Origin: Vicinamibacteria bacterium
Lineage (GTDB): Bacteria > Acidobacteriota > Vicinamibacteria > Marinacidobacterales > Marinacidobacteraceae
Direction of reading: 5' to 3'
DNA: 64,000 nucleotides
Assembly: GCA_963422395.1 (NCBI GenBank)
Contig: OY729431.1
Location: 384,001 to 448,000 of the forward strand
Shown here: one piece after another, positions 10,471 to 19,777 of the stretch
Numbering within the stretch: position 1 is the first letter of the stretch
How the letters are laid out: each line of letters begins with the position of its first letter
Notes under the pieces: generated by a model
Seen by the model: only the letters and a program-made list of their open reading frames with translations
Database searches by the model: none
Told to the model about the DNA's origin: nothing
Position numbers and translations under genes: made by a program

Positions 10471-11628
10471 TCACGCGGCCAACGGAATCCTGAATCCCTG
10501 CACGATCCCGATACGAGCGCGGTAGCCGCCTCTCGTCCGCTGCACGAAGCCGGCCTGGATCAGCCAGTTCAGATCGCGGGTCAGGGTCTTGGCGGTCTTG
10601 CGGGCGAAGAGTCGAGCGAGCGCCGGGCTGAGGTCGGGGACGGCTCTCCGGCGGACCGGCGCGCTTTGCCGCGCCAGGCTCAGCGCGATCTCCCGCCGCC
10701 GGTCGTAAGCCGCGGACGGGTGTGTCCCCCGGATCTCCTGGTGGACCAATTGCTTCCAGGCGAGGCCAGCCTGGACCCGCGCGATTTCGCGGCAGTGTTC
10801 GGCGAGACCGGCAACGAACCCTTCGAGGGCGTAGGCGATGAACCCCCAGGGGTCGCCGGCGCCGGCGCCCGCATGGCTGCCCCGTTTCCTTTGGACGTGG
10901 TACGCGGGGTGCGTTCGGTGGTAGTGATCACTCAGCAGATGCGCGGCGGGCGGCGGCACTCCGGCGGCGGTGAGCAGCAGGTACTCGACCAGGCGGGCGG
11001 TGCGGCCGTTCCCGTTTCGGAAAGGATGGATCCAGGCCAGGTAGAGGTGCGCGAGGATGGCGCGCAGAATGCCGTTCGCCAGCCGATTTTCATCGTCGCT
11101 GCCGATCCGGAGGGTCGGTCCGGAGGAGAGCCACCGGCAGAGCCGGTCCAGGAGGACCACGACGCGGTTGTCGCGGATTTGCCCCAGGGCGACTTCCGGC
11201 TCGGGTTGGGAGTCGAGCCCCTCGAGTGCCAGACGGTTGCTCAGGGTGATCCACTCGGTGCTCAGCGTCGGAGGCGGCCCGGTCCGGACCGTCGCGACGA
11301 TCTGCTGGTATGCCGCGACCATGTTCCGCACTTCGCGGCCGAGATGTTCCCGGGATGCAGGAAGATCGAGACGCCCCTCGATCTGCGCGTTGACTTCAGC
11401 CTCGGTCAGGGTGTTCCCATCGATGGCGGTGGTGGCGCGCGCTCCGCGGCTCAGGTAGAGGGTGTGGAGCTCCTGCGCCGCACCCGGCGGAAGGACGGCC
11501 GCCGCTGCCTGTTGGCAGCGCGCCGCTGCCGTTCCCAGCATCGCCCAGCAGAGCGGCTCGGCGCGATCCGAAGGGAGGCGGAAACTGATCCAGGTGTGGG
11601 TGCGCTCATACTCGCGGAAGGCCGCCAT
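10471..11628 (-). CDS. Fic family protein with probable C-terminal HTH
   Basis: HLYLAWIHPFRNGNGRTAR Fic motif; N-terminal ATTAIDGNTL; C-terminal KTLTRDL. Confidence 0.85.
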   Translation of the reverse strand: MAAFREYERTHTWISFRLPSDRAEPLCWAMLGTAAARCQQAAAAVLPPGAAQELHTLYLSRGARATTAIDGNTLTEAEVNAQIEGRLDLPASREHLGREVRNMVAAYQQIVATVRTGPPPTLSTEWITLSNRLALEGLDSQPEPEVALGQIRDNRVVVLLDRLCRWLSSGPTLRIGSDDENRLANGILRAILAHLYLAWIHPFRNGNGRTARLVEYLLLTAAGVPPPAAHLLSDHYHRTHPAYHVQRKRGSHAGAGAGDPWGFIAYALEGFVAGLAEHCREIARVQAGLAWKQLVHQEIRGTHPSAAYDRRREIALSLARQSAPVRRRAVPDLSPALARLFARKTAKTLTRDLNWLIQAGFVQRTRGGYRARIGIVQGFRIPLAA

Positions 11629-11855
11629 CAGGGTCCGATCTGGAGGAAATCCACCGGGGGTTCGCCATTTTATGCCTTATCGCGAAGCCCGGAGGAATGT
11701 CCCATTGGAAAATGGAGCCGGGAGAATCGAAATGGTCGTTTCGTCAAGGCTTTGCTGTGCCCTTCGAAACGAAAGCCAGAACTTTTCGGACGCGGCATCG
11801 TTTCCGCATGACCCCCCTGGATGTCCCCCCGTGTCTTCCTTCGTCGTGGAGCACG

Positions 11856-14144
11856 CTACCGGGGGAGCGCCCGGGCTTTGCGGAACTCGCGTTCGGCTTC
11901 GGCGATTCGGCCCTGACGGTTGTAGATGTCCGCGAGCACGAAGTGTCCGAGCGGTGCCATCTCCGTTTCGGGCCCGAGATCGAGGCCCCGAAGCGCCGTC
12001 GCTTCGGCCTCTTCGAGCTCTCCCCGATCGAGGAGCGCTTTCGCCAGGTACAGGTGGCCCACCGCGAACCGTTCGTTGTGCCCGATTGCGTCGCGGAAAG
12101 ATGCCTCCATGCGCGCCGGGTCGCCCATGGCCCCGTAGAGCTTCGCCAGGTTGAAGTGAGACCGGAAGTCCTTCGGGGCCATTCCGAGACGAGTCTCGTA
12201 GGCATCGATGGCGCGAGCCGGGTCGCCGCGCTCCTCGAACAGCAGCGCGAGGTTGTACCAGGCGTCCGAAAGGCGATCGTCCATCGAGAGCGCGAGCCGC
12301 AGCTCCGCTTCGGCTTCGTCCAGCCGGCCGAGGCTCAGCAGGCACTGGCCTTTCAGGTTCCGTGCCGGCGCGCGCTCTTCGCCGGTGGCTTCGAGCCGGG
12401 CGAGTACCGCGAGGGCCGCTTCGTATTCCTCCCGCGCGGCGTGGATCCCGGCGAGGTGGTAGAAGGCGTTGTTGTCGTTCGGGTCCAGTGCGAGGAGCCG
12501 CCGATAGCCCGCTTCGGCCTCGTCGAGCCGGTCCGCCAGCCGATAGGCGTCGGCGAGGCCGAGGACGGCGGACTTGTACTCGGGGTCGAGAACGAGTGCG
12601 TCCCGATAGGCCGCGATCGCGCCCTCCCAGTCATCGCGCTTCACGAACAGGTTGCCGAGGACGAAGTGCGCCTCGAGGATTCCGGAGTCTTCGACCAGCA
12701 CTCGCCGCACCTTCTCCATCGCCTCCTCCACCCGGTCTTCGGTGGAATCGGCGCCGGCGGCTTTCAGCAGGTTGTAGAGGTCGATCTTGTCCTTCGGATC
12801 GGCGAGCGGAGCTGTTGGGTCCACCCGGACGCGAGAGGTGCCGCCGAGATAGCCGAGAGCTGCGAGCTGGGCACGGGTCTCCTCGTCGAGCGTCTCGGGC
12901 GCCTTCGCTTCGGCCGCTTCGCTCCCGAGTGCGGCGACCAGTCGGTCGAGCCGCGCCTGGAGCTGGCGGACCTGCCCGGGGCGCTCTGCGGCCAGGTTTT
13001 GCTGCTCCCCGGGGTCTTCCCGCACCTCGAAGAGTTCGGGCCGGGGCGCGGAGATGAAGTGGAGGAGCCCGTTCCGCAGCGAGCGGAGCGGCGACCAGCC
13101 GTAGTGATTGCGCGGATAGAAGCTCTCCGAATAGGCCCAGAGCCCGAGGTCTTCTGCCGATCCGTCGGCGAGCGGTACCAGGCTCACCCCCTGCACCGCC
13201 GCCGGGATTTCGACCCCCACGAGCTCCAGCACGGTGGGCATCAAGTCCATGCCCCGCACCTGCGCCGCAATCCGCCGCCCCTTCGGGATCTGTCGGTAGG
13301 GCGCCCGCAGCAGGAACGGGACCTGCATCGTGGCGTCGTAGATGAAGAACCCGTGCGCCCCCTCCCGGTGGCGGCCGAGGCTCTCGCCGTGGTCGCCGAT
13401 CAGGACGAGGAGGGTATCTTCGGCGAGGCCGTTCTCGTCCAGCCAGTCGAGCAGACGCCCTACCAGCGAGTCGGTGAAGAGGACTTCGCCGTCGTAGGCC
13501 GCGTCCGGATAGCCGCTGACCAGAGAAGCCCAAGGCTCGGGTGCTTCGTAGGGCCAGTGGGGGTCGTAGAGGTGGATCCAGGCGAAGAAGCGTTCCTCCT
13601 TCACCTCGTCCATCCAGGCGAGGGCGGCCTCGAGAACTTCGTCGCCCCGCCGCTGCACGCTGTCGAGGCTGATGCGCTCGAAGTCCCTGAAGTCGAACTC
13701 GTCGTGGTAGCGCTCGAAACCCTGATCGAGGCCCCAGCGTGAGTCCAAGACGAACGCAGCGGGGAACCCTCCGGTGCGCCAGCCGGCGGCGCGGAGCGTT
13801 TCGGCGAGGGTTTCAGAGTCGTCGTCGAGGTAGTAGCCGCCGTTGTCGCGGACGCCGTGGAACATCGGATAGGTCCCGGTGAACATCGAGGAGTGCGACG
13901 GCAGAGTGAGCGGTACCTGGGCAGTGGCCTGTTCGAAGAGCACTCCCTCGGCGGCGGCCCGGCCGAAGGCAGGGGTTTCGATGCGCCGGTTCCCGTACTG
14001 GCCGAGATGGCGCGCCGAGAGGGTGTCGAGCGTGACGACCACCACGTGGAGCGGACGCATCGGATCCTGGATTTCGCTGCGGCCGCCGCCGAGCCCGGGG
14101 CAACCGGCGGAAAACAGCAAGGCGGCGCAGCCGCTGGCGAGCAT
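11856..14144 (-). CDS. Sulfatase-like hydrolase with C-terminal TPR repeats, probable lipoprotein
   Basis: VTLDTL, PLTLPSHSSMFTG, HLYDPH.PY, YDGEV, GDHGESLG.H.E..HG, LAALGYL then TPR helices; start uncertain (ORF extends to 14225). Confidence 0.85.
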   Translation of the reverse strand: MLASGCAALLFSAGCPGLGGGRSEIQDPMRPLHVVVVTLDTLSARHLGQYGNRRIETPAFGRAAAEGVLFEQATAQVPLTLPSHSSMFTGTYPMFHGVRDNGGYYLDDDSETLAETLRAAGWRTGGFPAAFVLDSRWGLDQGFERYHDEFDFRDFERISLDSVQRRGDEVLEAALAWMDEVKEERFFAWIHLYDPHWPYEAPEPWASLVSGYPDAAYDGEVLFTDSLVGRLLDWLDENGLAEDTLLVLIGDHGESLGRHREGAHGFFIYDATMQVPFLLRAPYRQIPKGRRIAAQVRGMDLMPTVLELVGVEIPAAVQGVSLVPLADGSAEDLGLWAYSESFYPRNHYGWSPLRSLRNGLLHFISAPRPELFEVREDPGEQQNLAAERPGQVRQLQARLDRLVAALGSEAAEAKAPETLDEETRAQLAALGYLGGTSRVRVDPTAPLADPKDKIDLYNLLKAAGADSTEDRVEEAMEKVRRVLVEDSGILEAHFVLGNLFVKRDDWEGAIAAYRDALVLDPEYKSAVLGLADAYRLADRLDEAEAGYRRLLALDPNDNNAFYHLAGIHAAREEYEAALAVLARLEATGEERAPARNLKGQCLLSLGRLDEAEAELRLALSMDDRLSDAWYNLALLFEERGDPARAIDAYETRLGMAPKDFRSHFNLAKLYGAMGDPARMEASFRDAIGHNERFAVGHLYLAKALLDRGELEEAEATALRGLDLGPETEMAPLGHFVLADIYNRQGRIAEAEREFRKARALPR

Positions 14145-14232
14145 CTTCCATCGGGAGCAACGAAGCGTTTTCGACAGAGCATCCGGGCGGCAGCATGGGG
14201 CCGGGACACACATAGGTACCCTCATGATTCTA

Positions 14233-14241
14233 TGGTATTAT
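14233..14241 (+). promoter_or_regulatory. Putative extended -10 (TGgTATTAT) of a leaderless TA operon promoter
   Basis: TGGTATTAT ends 6 nt before the antitoxin ATG at 14248; no SD sequence. Confidence 0.45.
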
Positions 14242-14247
14242 GCCTTG

Positions 14248-14484
14248 ATGAAGGCTGTACAGATCAACTTCACTCCGGATCTCCTGAATCGTCTGGACGC
14301 CGACGAAGTCGTGAGCCGGCTGGGTCGTTCGGAAGCGGTCCGCCGCATCGTCGAGGCGTATCTCCGCCGTCGGGAGGCGCGCCGGATCGACGAGGCGTAC
14401 GCCCGCGGTTACGGCCCCGACTTCCCTCCCGTCAGCAAGGACCTCGAGGGCTGGGCGGAGGCGGCGGCTCCGTGGCCCGAATAG
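14248..14484 (+). CDS. Ribbon-helix-helix antitoxin (CopG/MazE-like)
   Basis: MKAVQINFTPDLLNRLD..GRSEAVRRIVEAYL..IDEAYARGY; overlaps toxin start. Confidence 0.8.
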   Translation: MKAVQINFTPDLLNRLDADEVVSRLGRSEAVRRIVEAYLRRREARRIDEAYARGYGPDFPPVSKDLEGWAEAAAPWPE

Positions 14485-14831
14485 TCAGGCGCGGCGATCT
14501 CTGGCTGCACGAATTCGGCCCCCCGAATCGTCGGCGCCCCGTCGTGGTGCTTACTCGCGACGCAGTAGCGAACCGACTCCACACCGTTACCGTGGCGCCG
14601 GTCACCTCCACGATCCGGGGAATTCCGAGCGAGGTTCCGGTCGGGGAGGTGGAGGGCCTGAAACACGAATCGGTGATGAATCTCGATCATGTCCAGACCG
14701 TACCCCGGGCGAGTCTCGGCCGCTGGATCGGCCGCCTCCGCCCGGATCGGATGTTCGAGGTCTGCGTGGCGATGCAAGCCGCTTTCGGATGTGAAGCGCA
14801 TCTGGCGCGCGAGGGAGAGTGGATGATCTGA
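14472..14831 (+). CDS. mazF: PemK/MazF family toxin
   Basis: RRGDLW..RRPVVVLTRD..VTVAPVTSTIRGIPSEV..NLDHVQTV; GTG start at 14472. Confidence 0.9.
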   Translation: MARIVRRGDLWLHEFGPPNRRRPVVVLTRDAVANRLHTVTVAPVTSTIRGIPSEVPVGEVEGLKHESVMNLDHVQTVPRASLGRWIGRLRPDRMFEVCVAMQAAFGCEAHLAREGEWMI

Positions 14832-14953
14832 GTGCGGCGGCGTGCTACCGAAGCCGGTTCTTCGCTCTTCGATCTGCCATCGTCTGCTTCCTTGCCTGCC
14901 GGCCCTCCCGCTTGCCCATTCTCCGCCCCGTGGGTTGCGCTGTGGGGTTGCGA

Positions 14954-14983
14954 TTGACAGGCAGCGGGGAAGGCAAATACCTT
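14954..14983 (+). promoter_or_regulatory. Putative sigma70 promoter of the TonB-dependent receptor gene
   Basis: TTGACA (14954) - 18 nt - TACCTT (14978); GGCCTCC/GGAGGCC hairpin follows in the leader. Confidence 0.4.
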
Positions 14984-15061
14984 AACTGAACGGAAACTCG
15001 GGTCCATCCGGCCTCCGCGGGAGGCCCGGAGATTCGCCTGCTTCCTGACGGGGGCGCCAAT

Positions 15062-17908
15062 ATGGCCAAAATGATCGAAACACAGAAGGCAATCGGAAGG
15101 CTGCTGCTGCTCGGGCTCACTCTGACCGCCGGCGCTGCGTTCGGCCAGGTGACCGGAACCATCCTGGGGACGGTGGCCGACGATCAGGGGCTCGTTCTTC
15201 CAGGGGGCACAGTCACCGTGACCTCGGATCAGCTCCCCGGCGGCCCGCGGTCGGTAGTGACGAATGCCTCGGGGCAATATCGGTTCCCGAACCTGCCGCC
15301 CGGCGACTACACACTCAACGTGGAGCTCTCCGGCTTCGGCACCTACCTCGAGGAGGGGATGGTCGTCCTGGTGGGAGGCACTACGGAGCGGGCGGTAGTA
15401 CTAGGGCTCGCCACAGTCTCCGAGACCGTGACGGTAACTGGCGAGAGTCCGGTCGTGGACACCAGAAAATCCGGCGTCTCGACGAACTTCTCCAACGAAT
15501 ACATGGAGAACACTCCGCTCCGCCGGTTCAGTTTCTTCGACTTCACGAAGAGCGCGCCGGGAATGTCCGCCACGAACCCGACGAGCGGCTCGAGCAGCCG
15601 GGTCTCGGCGTTCGGCTCGGGGGTGGACGAGAACAAATACCTGATGGACGGAGTGGACTTCACGGCGCCTGTGTCCGGAGCCGCGTGGCCGTGGCCGGAC
15701 ACCGATGTCATCGAGGAAATGGAGGTCGTCTCGCTCGGCGCGTCCGCAGAGTACGGCAACAGCCCGGGCGCCGTCTTCAATGTGGTGACCAAGCAGGGCA
15801 CCAATGAACTCCGCGGGGACGCCGCCTACTTCGGCATGTTCGACAGCCTGACTTCCAAGCCGATCAAGGTGAATGCGGATGGGGACATCGATCCCGACGG
15901 TTGGGGATTCACTCGCAACAAGTATCAGGATTTCACCGCACACCTCGGCGGTCCGATTCTCCGGGACCGCGTTTGGCTCTATGGCGGATACCAGTACCTC
16001 CAGGATTGGGACAACCAGCCAGGAACGAATCCAGCGAATCCGCGTGAGTTCGGAGCGCACCGGGTCTTCTGGAAACTGACCGCGGACATCACTCCGGACA
16101 TCAAGTTCATGCACACCTATCACGACGACTACTGGGTCATCCCCTCGACGCCTTCGATCAGTCGTCCGTTCGAAACAGCCTGGACATACAGCGGCCGCAA
16201 TCCTTCGGTGACTTTCGGTCGGATCACCCACATTCTGTCTGCCAGCACTTTCTACGAAGTAGGCCTTTCCGGTTTCTATTCACCGCGTGACCTCAGCGAG
16301 CCCAACAATCCGGGAGTTCCGCGCCGTAACGACATCGACAACGGCACTGCCTCGGGCGGAGCGTCCAGCTACGACATCTTCAAGCAAGGGCGCACCGAAA
16401 TGAAAGCCAAGGTCAGTCACTACACGAGTGGCTGGTTGGGGGCCGATCACGATTTCAAGTTCGGGGTCCAGTATGTGATCGGAAACCACAGCAGCCACGG
16501 CGGCTATACCCCGGGTCCGAATTACCCGGGCGGCGTCGTCTACTACGACAACGGCGATGGAAGTCCGAACTACATCCTGCTCGGAACGAACTACAACACC
16601 GGCGGGGAATTCCGGGAGACCGGTGTCTTCGCGGAAGATGTCATCAACATCGGCAACCGGGTAACGCTGTCCGCAGGGATCCGGTTCGACCGGGTCCGGG
16701 GAATCAGTCAGGATCTGGACAACCTCGTCGTGACCGACATCGCAGCACTGGAGTTCGACCCACAGGGAACCGTTACCGGTCGAGGCGAGCTCTACGAGTG
16801 GAGGAACTGGGGCCCGCGCGTGGGCTTCAATGTCAAACTCGATGATGCCGGCACGACGATCCTGCGGGGTAACTGGGGCCGTTTCTACCGTACCGCGATC
16901 ACGGGCGAGCTCTCCAGTATCCATCCCGGACAGGCATCCTCTCAGGAGTGGTACTGGAACGCCGACACCCGGTTGTACGACGATCCCGGGCCCAAATACG
17001 AAGCGGCTACCAATTTCGGTTTCGATCCTGATGCTTCTTCGCCGCGCACCGATCAATTTTCTGTCGGTTTCGACCGGGAGCTGGCGACCAATCTCGCGTT
17101 CGGCTTCACCTATGTTCGGAAGGACCAGAGCGATCTGCTCGGCTGGAATGTGGACAACGCTACCTACACTACGGTTCCCTGGATTGCGGAGAACGGGCAG
17201 ACGATCGATGTCTATCCGATCGCCTCAGATCCGGACGATCGATACTTTCGATTGAGCAATGTCACTTGCACGGGTGTCTCCTACCGATGCGATCCGATGT
17301 TCATGGATTACAACGGATTGGTCTTCACCGTGAACAAGCGTATGTCGAACAACTGGCAGGCACAGGTTTCCTATGTCTGGTCAGAGACATACGGCCTTTT
17401 GCCATCGAGCGGTTTCGGGGTGTCGTCCAGCCAGACGACGCGCGTCTACGGCAGCTCGCTCGCCCGAGATCCGAACCAGTTCATCAACGCTACCGGAAAC
17501 CTGCTGAACGACCGGACACATACTTTCAGGCTCACCGGGGCGATCATCGCTCCGGGCGACATCCTGCTCGGCTTCAACTACGCGTTCTTCAACGGCAAGC
17601 CCTGGGGTGCGAAGACCAATGTGCCGGCGGATGTGCTCCCGCAAGGAAGGCAGTCGATATTTCTCGAGCCGCCGGGCACGAGCCGTCTCGAAAGTCAGAA
17701 CCTCTTGGATTTCCGCATATCCCGGGCTTTCTACTTCGGGGCGGATGCCACGGCGAAGATCGAACCATTCATCGATGTTCTCAACACCTTCGATTCCACG
17801 GCTACGGAGGCCCTGGGGTCTCAGAACTTCGGCTCCGGTATCTTCGGGATCGGCGAACGCTGGATCGATCCGCGCCGTGCCTTCGTCGGCGTGAAGTTCG
17901 CGTTCTGA
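15062..17908 (+). CDS. TonB-dependent receptor, Oar-like, with N-terminal carboxypeptidase-regulatory-like domain
   Basis: Signal peptide, GTILGTVAD..LPG.TVTV, GQYRFPNLPPGDY, SAEYG..GAVFNVVTKQGTN, C-terminal PRR..VGVKFAF. Confidence 0.9.
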   Translation: MAKMIETQKAIGRLLLLGLTLTAGAAFGQVTGTILGTVADDQGLVLPGGTVTVTSDQLPGGPRSVVTNASGQYRFPNLPPGDYTLNVELSGFGTYLEEGMVVLVGGTTERAVVLGLATVSETVTVTGESPVVDTRKSGVSTNFSNEYMENTPLRRFSFFDFTKSAPGMSATNPTSGSSSRVSAFGSGVDENKYLMDGVDFTAPVSGAAWPWPDTDVIEEMEVVSLGASAEYGNSPGAVFNVVTKQGTNELRGDAAYFGMFDSLTSKPIKVNADGDIDPDGWGFTRNKYQDFTAHLGGPILRDRVWLYGGYQYLQDWDNQPGTNPANPREFGAHRVFWKLTADITPDIKFMHTYHDDYWVIPSTPSISRPFETAWTYSGRNPSVTFGRITHILSASTFYEVGLSGFYSPRDLSEPNNPGVPRRNDIDNGTASGGASSYDIFKQGRTEMKAKVSHYTSGWLGADHDFKFGVQYVIGNHSSHGGYTPGPNYPGGVVYYDNGDGSPNYILLGTNYNTGGEFRETGVFAEDVINIGNRVTLSAGIRFDRVRGISQDLDNLVVTDIAALEFDPQGTVTGRGELYEWRNWGPRVGFNVKLDDAGTTILRGNWGRFYRTAITGELSSIHPGQASSQEWYWNADTRLYDDPGPKYEAATNFGFDPDASSPRTDQFSVGFDRELATNLAFGFTYVRKDQSDLLGWNVDNATYTTVPWIAENGQTIDVYPIASDPDDRYFRLSNVTCTGVSYRCDPMFMDYNGLVFTVNKRMSNNWQAQVSYVWSETYGLLPSSGFGVSSSQTTRVYGSSLARDPNQFINATGNLLNDRTHTFRLTGAIIAPGDILLGFNYAFFNGKPWGAKTNVPADVLPQGRQSIFLEPPGTSRLESQNLLDFRISRAFYFGADATAKIEPFIDVLNTFDSTATEALGSQNFGSGIFGIGERWIDPRRAFVGVKFAF

Positions 17909-18041
17909 TTTCGGGTCGGCACTTCTGCCAGCAGTCCGTGGGTGAGGTGGCGCGAGCCCCAAGAGCGGTCCGGTTCTCCCGGTGGGGCGCACGTGGCAGG
18001 CGGAATGCGATTCGGGAGGTATACCGGTAGGATTCGGGACG

Positions 18042-19583
18042 ATGCGCCGCGTTCTGGATCGCTTGGGGCTCGCTGACGGAGTTCCCGGGGTGTGCTCCGG
18101 CCCGGAGTCCTGGATTCTCACCGGCGAGTCGGCACTCGTTTCCCGGAACCCATCGACCGGAGAGGCGATCGCCGGGGTGATTCCGGCGGACTCTCATGCC
18201 CTGGAAGCGGTCGTCGGGGCAGCGGGGCGGGCGTTCTGCTCCTTCCGGGAAATTCCGGCGCCGAAGCGCGGCGAGCTGGTGCGGGACCTGGGGAATGCGC
18301 TGCGCGAGGACCAGGAGCCCCTCGGCGAGCTGATCTCGCTCGAGGCGGGGAAGATCCGGGCGGAGGGCTTGGGCGAAGTCCAGGAGATGATCGACATCTG
18401 CGACTTCGCAGTGGGGCTCTCCCGCCAGCTCTATGGGCTGACGATGGCTTCGGAACGCCCCGGTCACCGCATGTTCGAGCAGTGGCATCCGCTCGGGCCG
18501 GTGGCGGTCATCACCGCATTCAACTTTCCGATGGCCGTCTGGTCCTGGAACGCCGCGATCGCTGCCGTCTGCGGTGACCCGGTGATCTGGAAACCGTCGG
18601 AGCACACTCCGCTCTGTGCGGTCGCGGTCCAGAACATCGCGAACCGGGTGATGGACGACCACGGAGTTTCCGGCGTCTTCGATCTGGTGGTGGGCGGCGG
18701 AGACCTCGGGGCCCGGCTCGCCGCCGATCGGCGCCTGCCGCTCGTTTCCTTCACCGGTTCGACCCGGGTGGGGCGCCGGGTGGCCAGTGAGGTCGCCGGG
18801 CGGCTCGGGCGCTGCCTCCTCGAGCTCGGCGGGAACAATGCGGCGGTGGTCAGCCGAAACGCCGATCTCGATCTCGCGGTGCGAGCCATCGTCTTCGGCT
18901 CGGTGGGCACGACCGGGCAGCGGTGTACCACCACGCGCCGGGTGTTCGCCGACCGGGCGGTCTCCGGACCGCTCGTCGAACGGCTCGCGGACGCCTACCG
19001 GCAGGTGCCCCTGGGCGATCCGCTCGATCCGGGGACGCTCATGGGGCCGCTCATCTCGCAGGATGCGGTCCGGCAGATGGAGCAGGCGCTGTCCCGGGCG
19101 GCCGAAGAAGGCGGAACCGTCGTCTGCGGCGGCCGTCGCCGGCCCGACCTGGGCCCGAATCAAGTGGAGCCGGCAATCGTCAAGATGCCTGCGCAGACCG
19201 CTCTGGTCGCCGAGGAGACCTTCGCTCCCATCCTCTATGTGCTGGAGACCGACTCACTGGAACAGGCGATCGCGCTGCACAACGAGGTGCCGCAGGGCCT
19301 TTCGTCGGCGATCTTCACCGACAGTCTGCGCGAAGCGGAGACCTTCCTGTCGGTGCGGGGCTCCGACTGCGGCATCGCCAATGTGAACATCGGCACTTCC
19401 GGCGCGGAGATCGGCGGCGCTTTCGGCGGCGAGAAGGACACCGGCGGCGGCCGGGAATCCGGTTCCGATGCCTGGAAGGCGTACATGCGCCGTCAGACGA
19501 ACACGATCAACGGGTCGAAGGATCTGCCGCTCGCGCAGGGAATCGAGTTCGGAGGACCGCAGGCTGGAGAAGGAGACGCCTGA
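18042..19583 (+). CDS. Aldehyde dehydrogenase family 7 (antiquitin / piperideine-6-carboxylate dehydrogenase-like)
   Basis: GEVQEMIDICDFAVGLSRQLYG, LELGGNNA, GQRCTT, GAEIGGAFGGEK.TGGGRESGSDAWKAY. Confidence 0.92.
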   Translation: MRRVLDRLGLADGVPGVCSGPESWILTGESALVSRNPSTGEAIAGVIPADSHALEAVVGAAGRAFCSFREIPAPKRGELVRDLGNALREDQEPLGELISLEAGKIRAEGLGEVQEMIDICDFAVGLSRQLYGLTMASERPGHRMFEQWHPLGPVAVITAFNFPMAVWSWNAAIAAVCGDPVIWKPSEHTPLCAVAVQNIANRVMDDHGVSGVFDLVVGGGDLGARLAADRRLPLVSFTGSTRVGRRVASEVAGRLGRCLLELGGNNAAVVSRNADLDLAVRAIVFGSVGTTGQRCTTTRRVFADRAVSGPLVERLADAYRQVPLGDPLDPGTLMGPLISQDAVRQMEQALSRAAEEGGTVVCGGRRRPDLGPNQVEPAIVKMPAQTALVAEETFAPILYVLETDSLEQAIALHNEVPQGLSSAIFTDSLREAETFLSVRGSDCGIANVNIGTSGAEIGGAFGGEKDTGGGRESGSDAWKAYMRRQTNTINGSKDLPLAQGIEFGGPQAGEGDA

Positions 19584-19777
19584 TGCGGCGAAACGGATCG
19601 AGGCCGATCGTGCCTGCGGCTCGGGCAGGTGTTTTCTCGCTTTCCCGAGGATCCGGCGTTCGAAATCGGCCGAGCGCGGTTGCTGCTCGCGGAAGGGGAT
19701 CCCGCTCCTGACGAGAGCCGGGGCCGCTTCCGGCTCAACAGCCCTTTGGACGAAGACTGCTAGGAAGAGCGCCCGGC

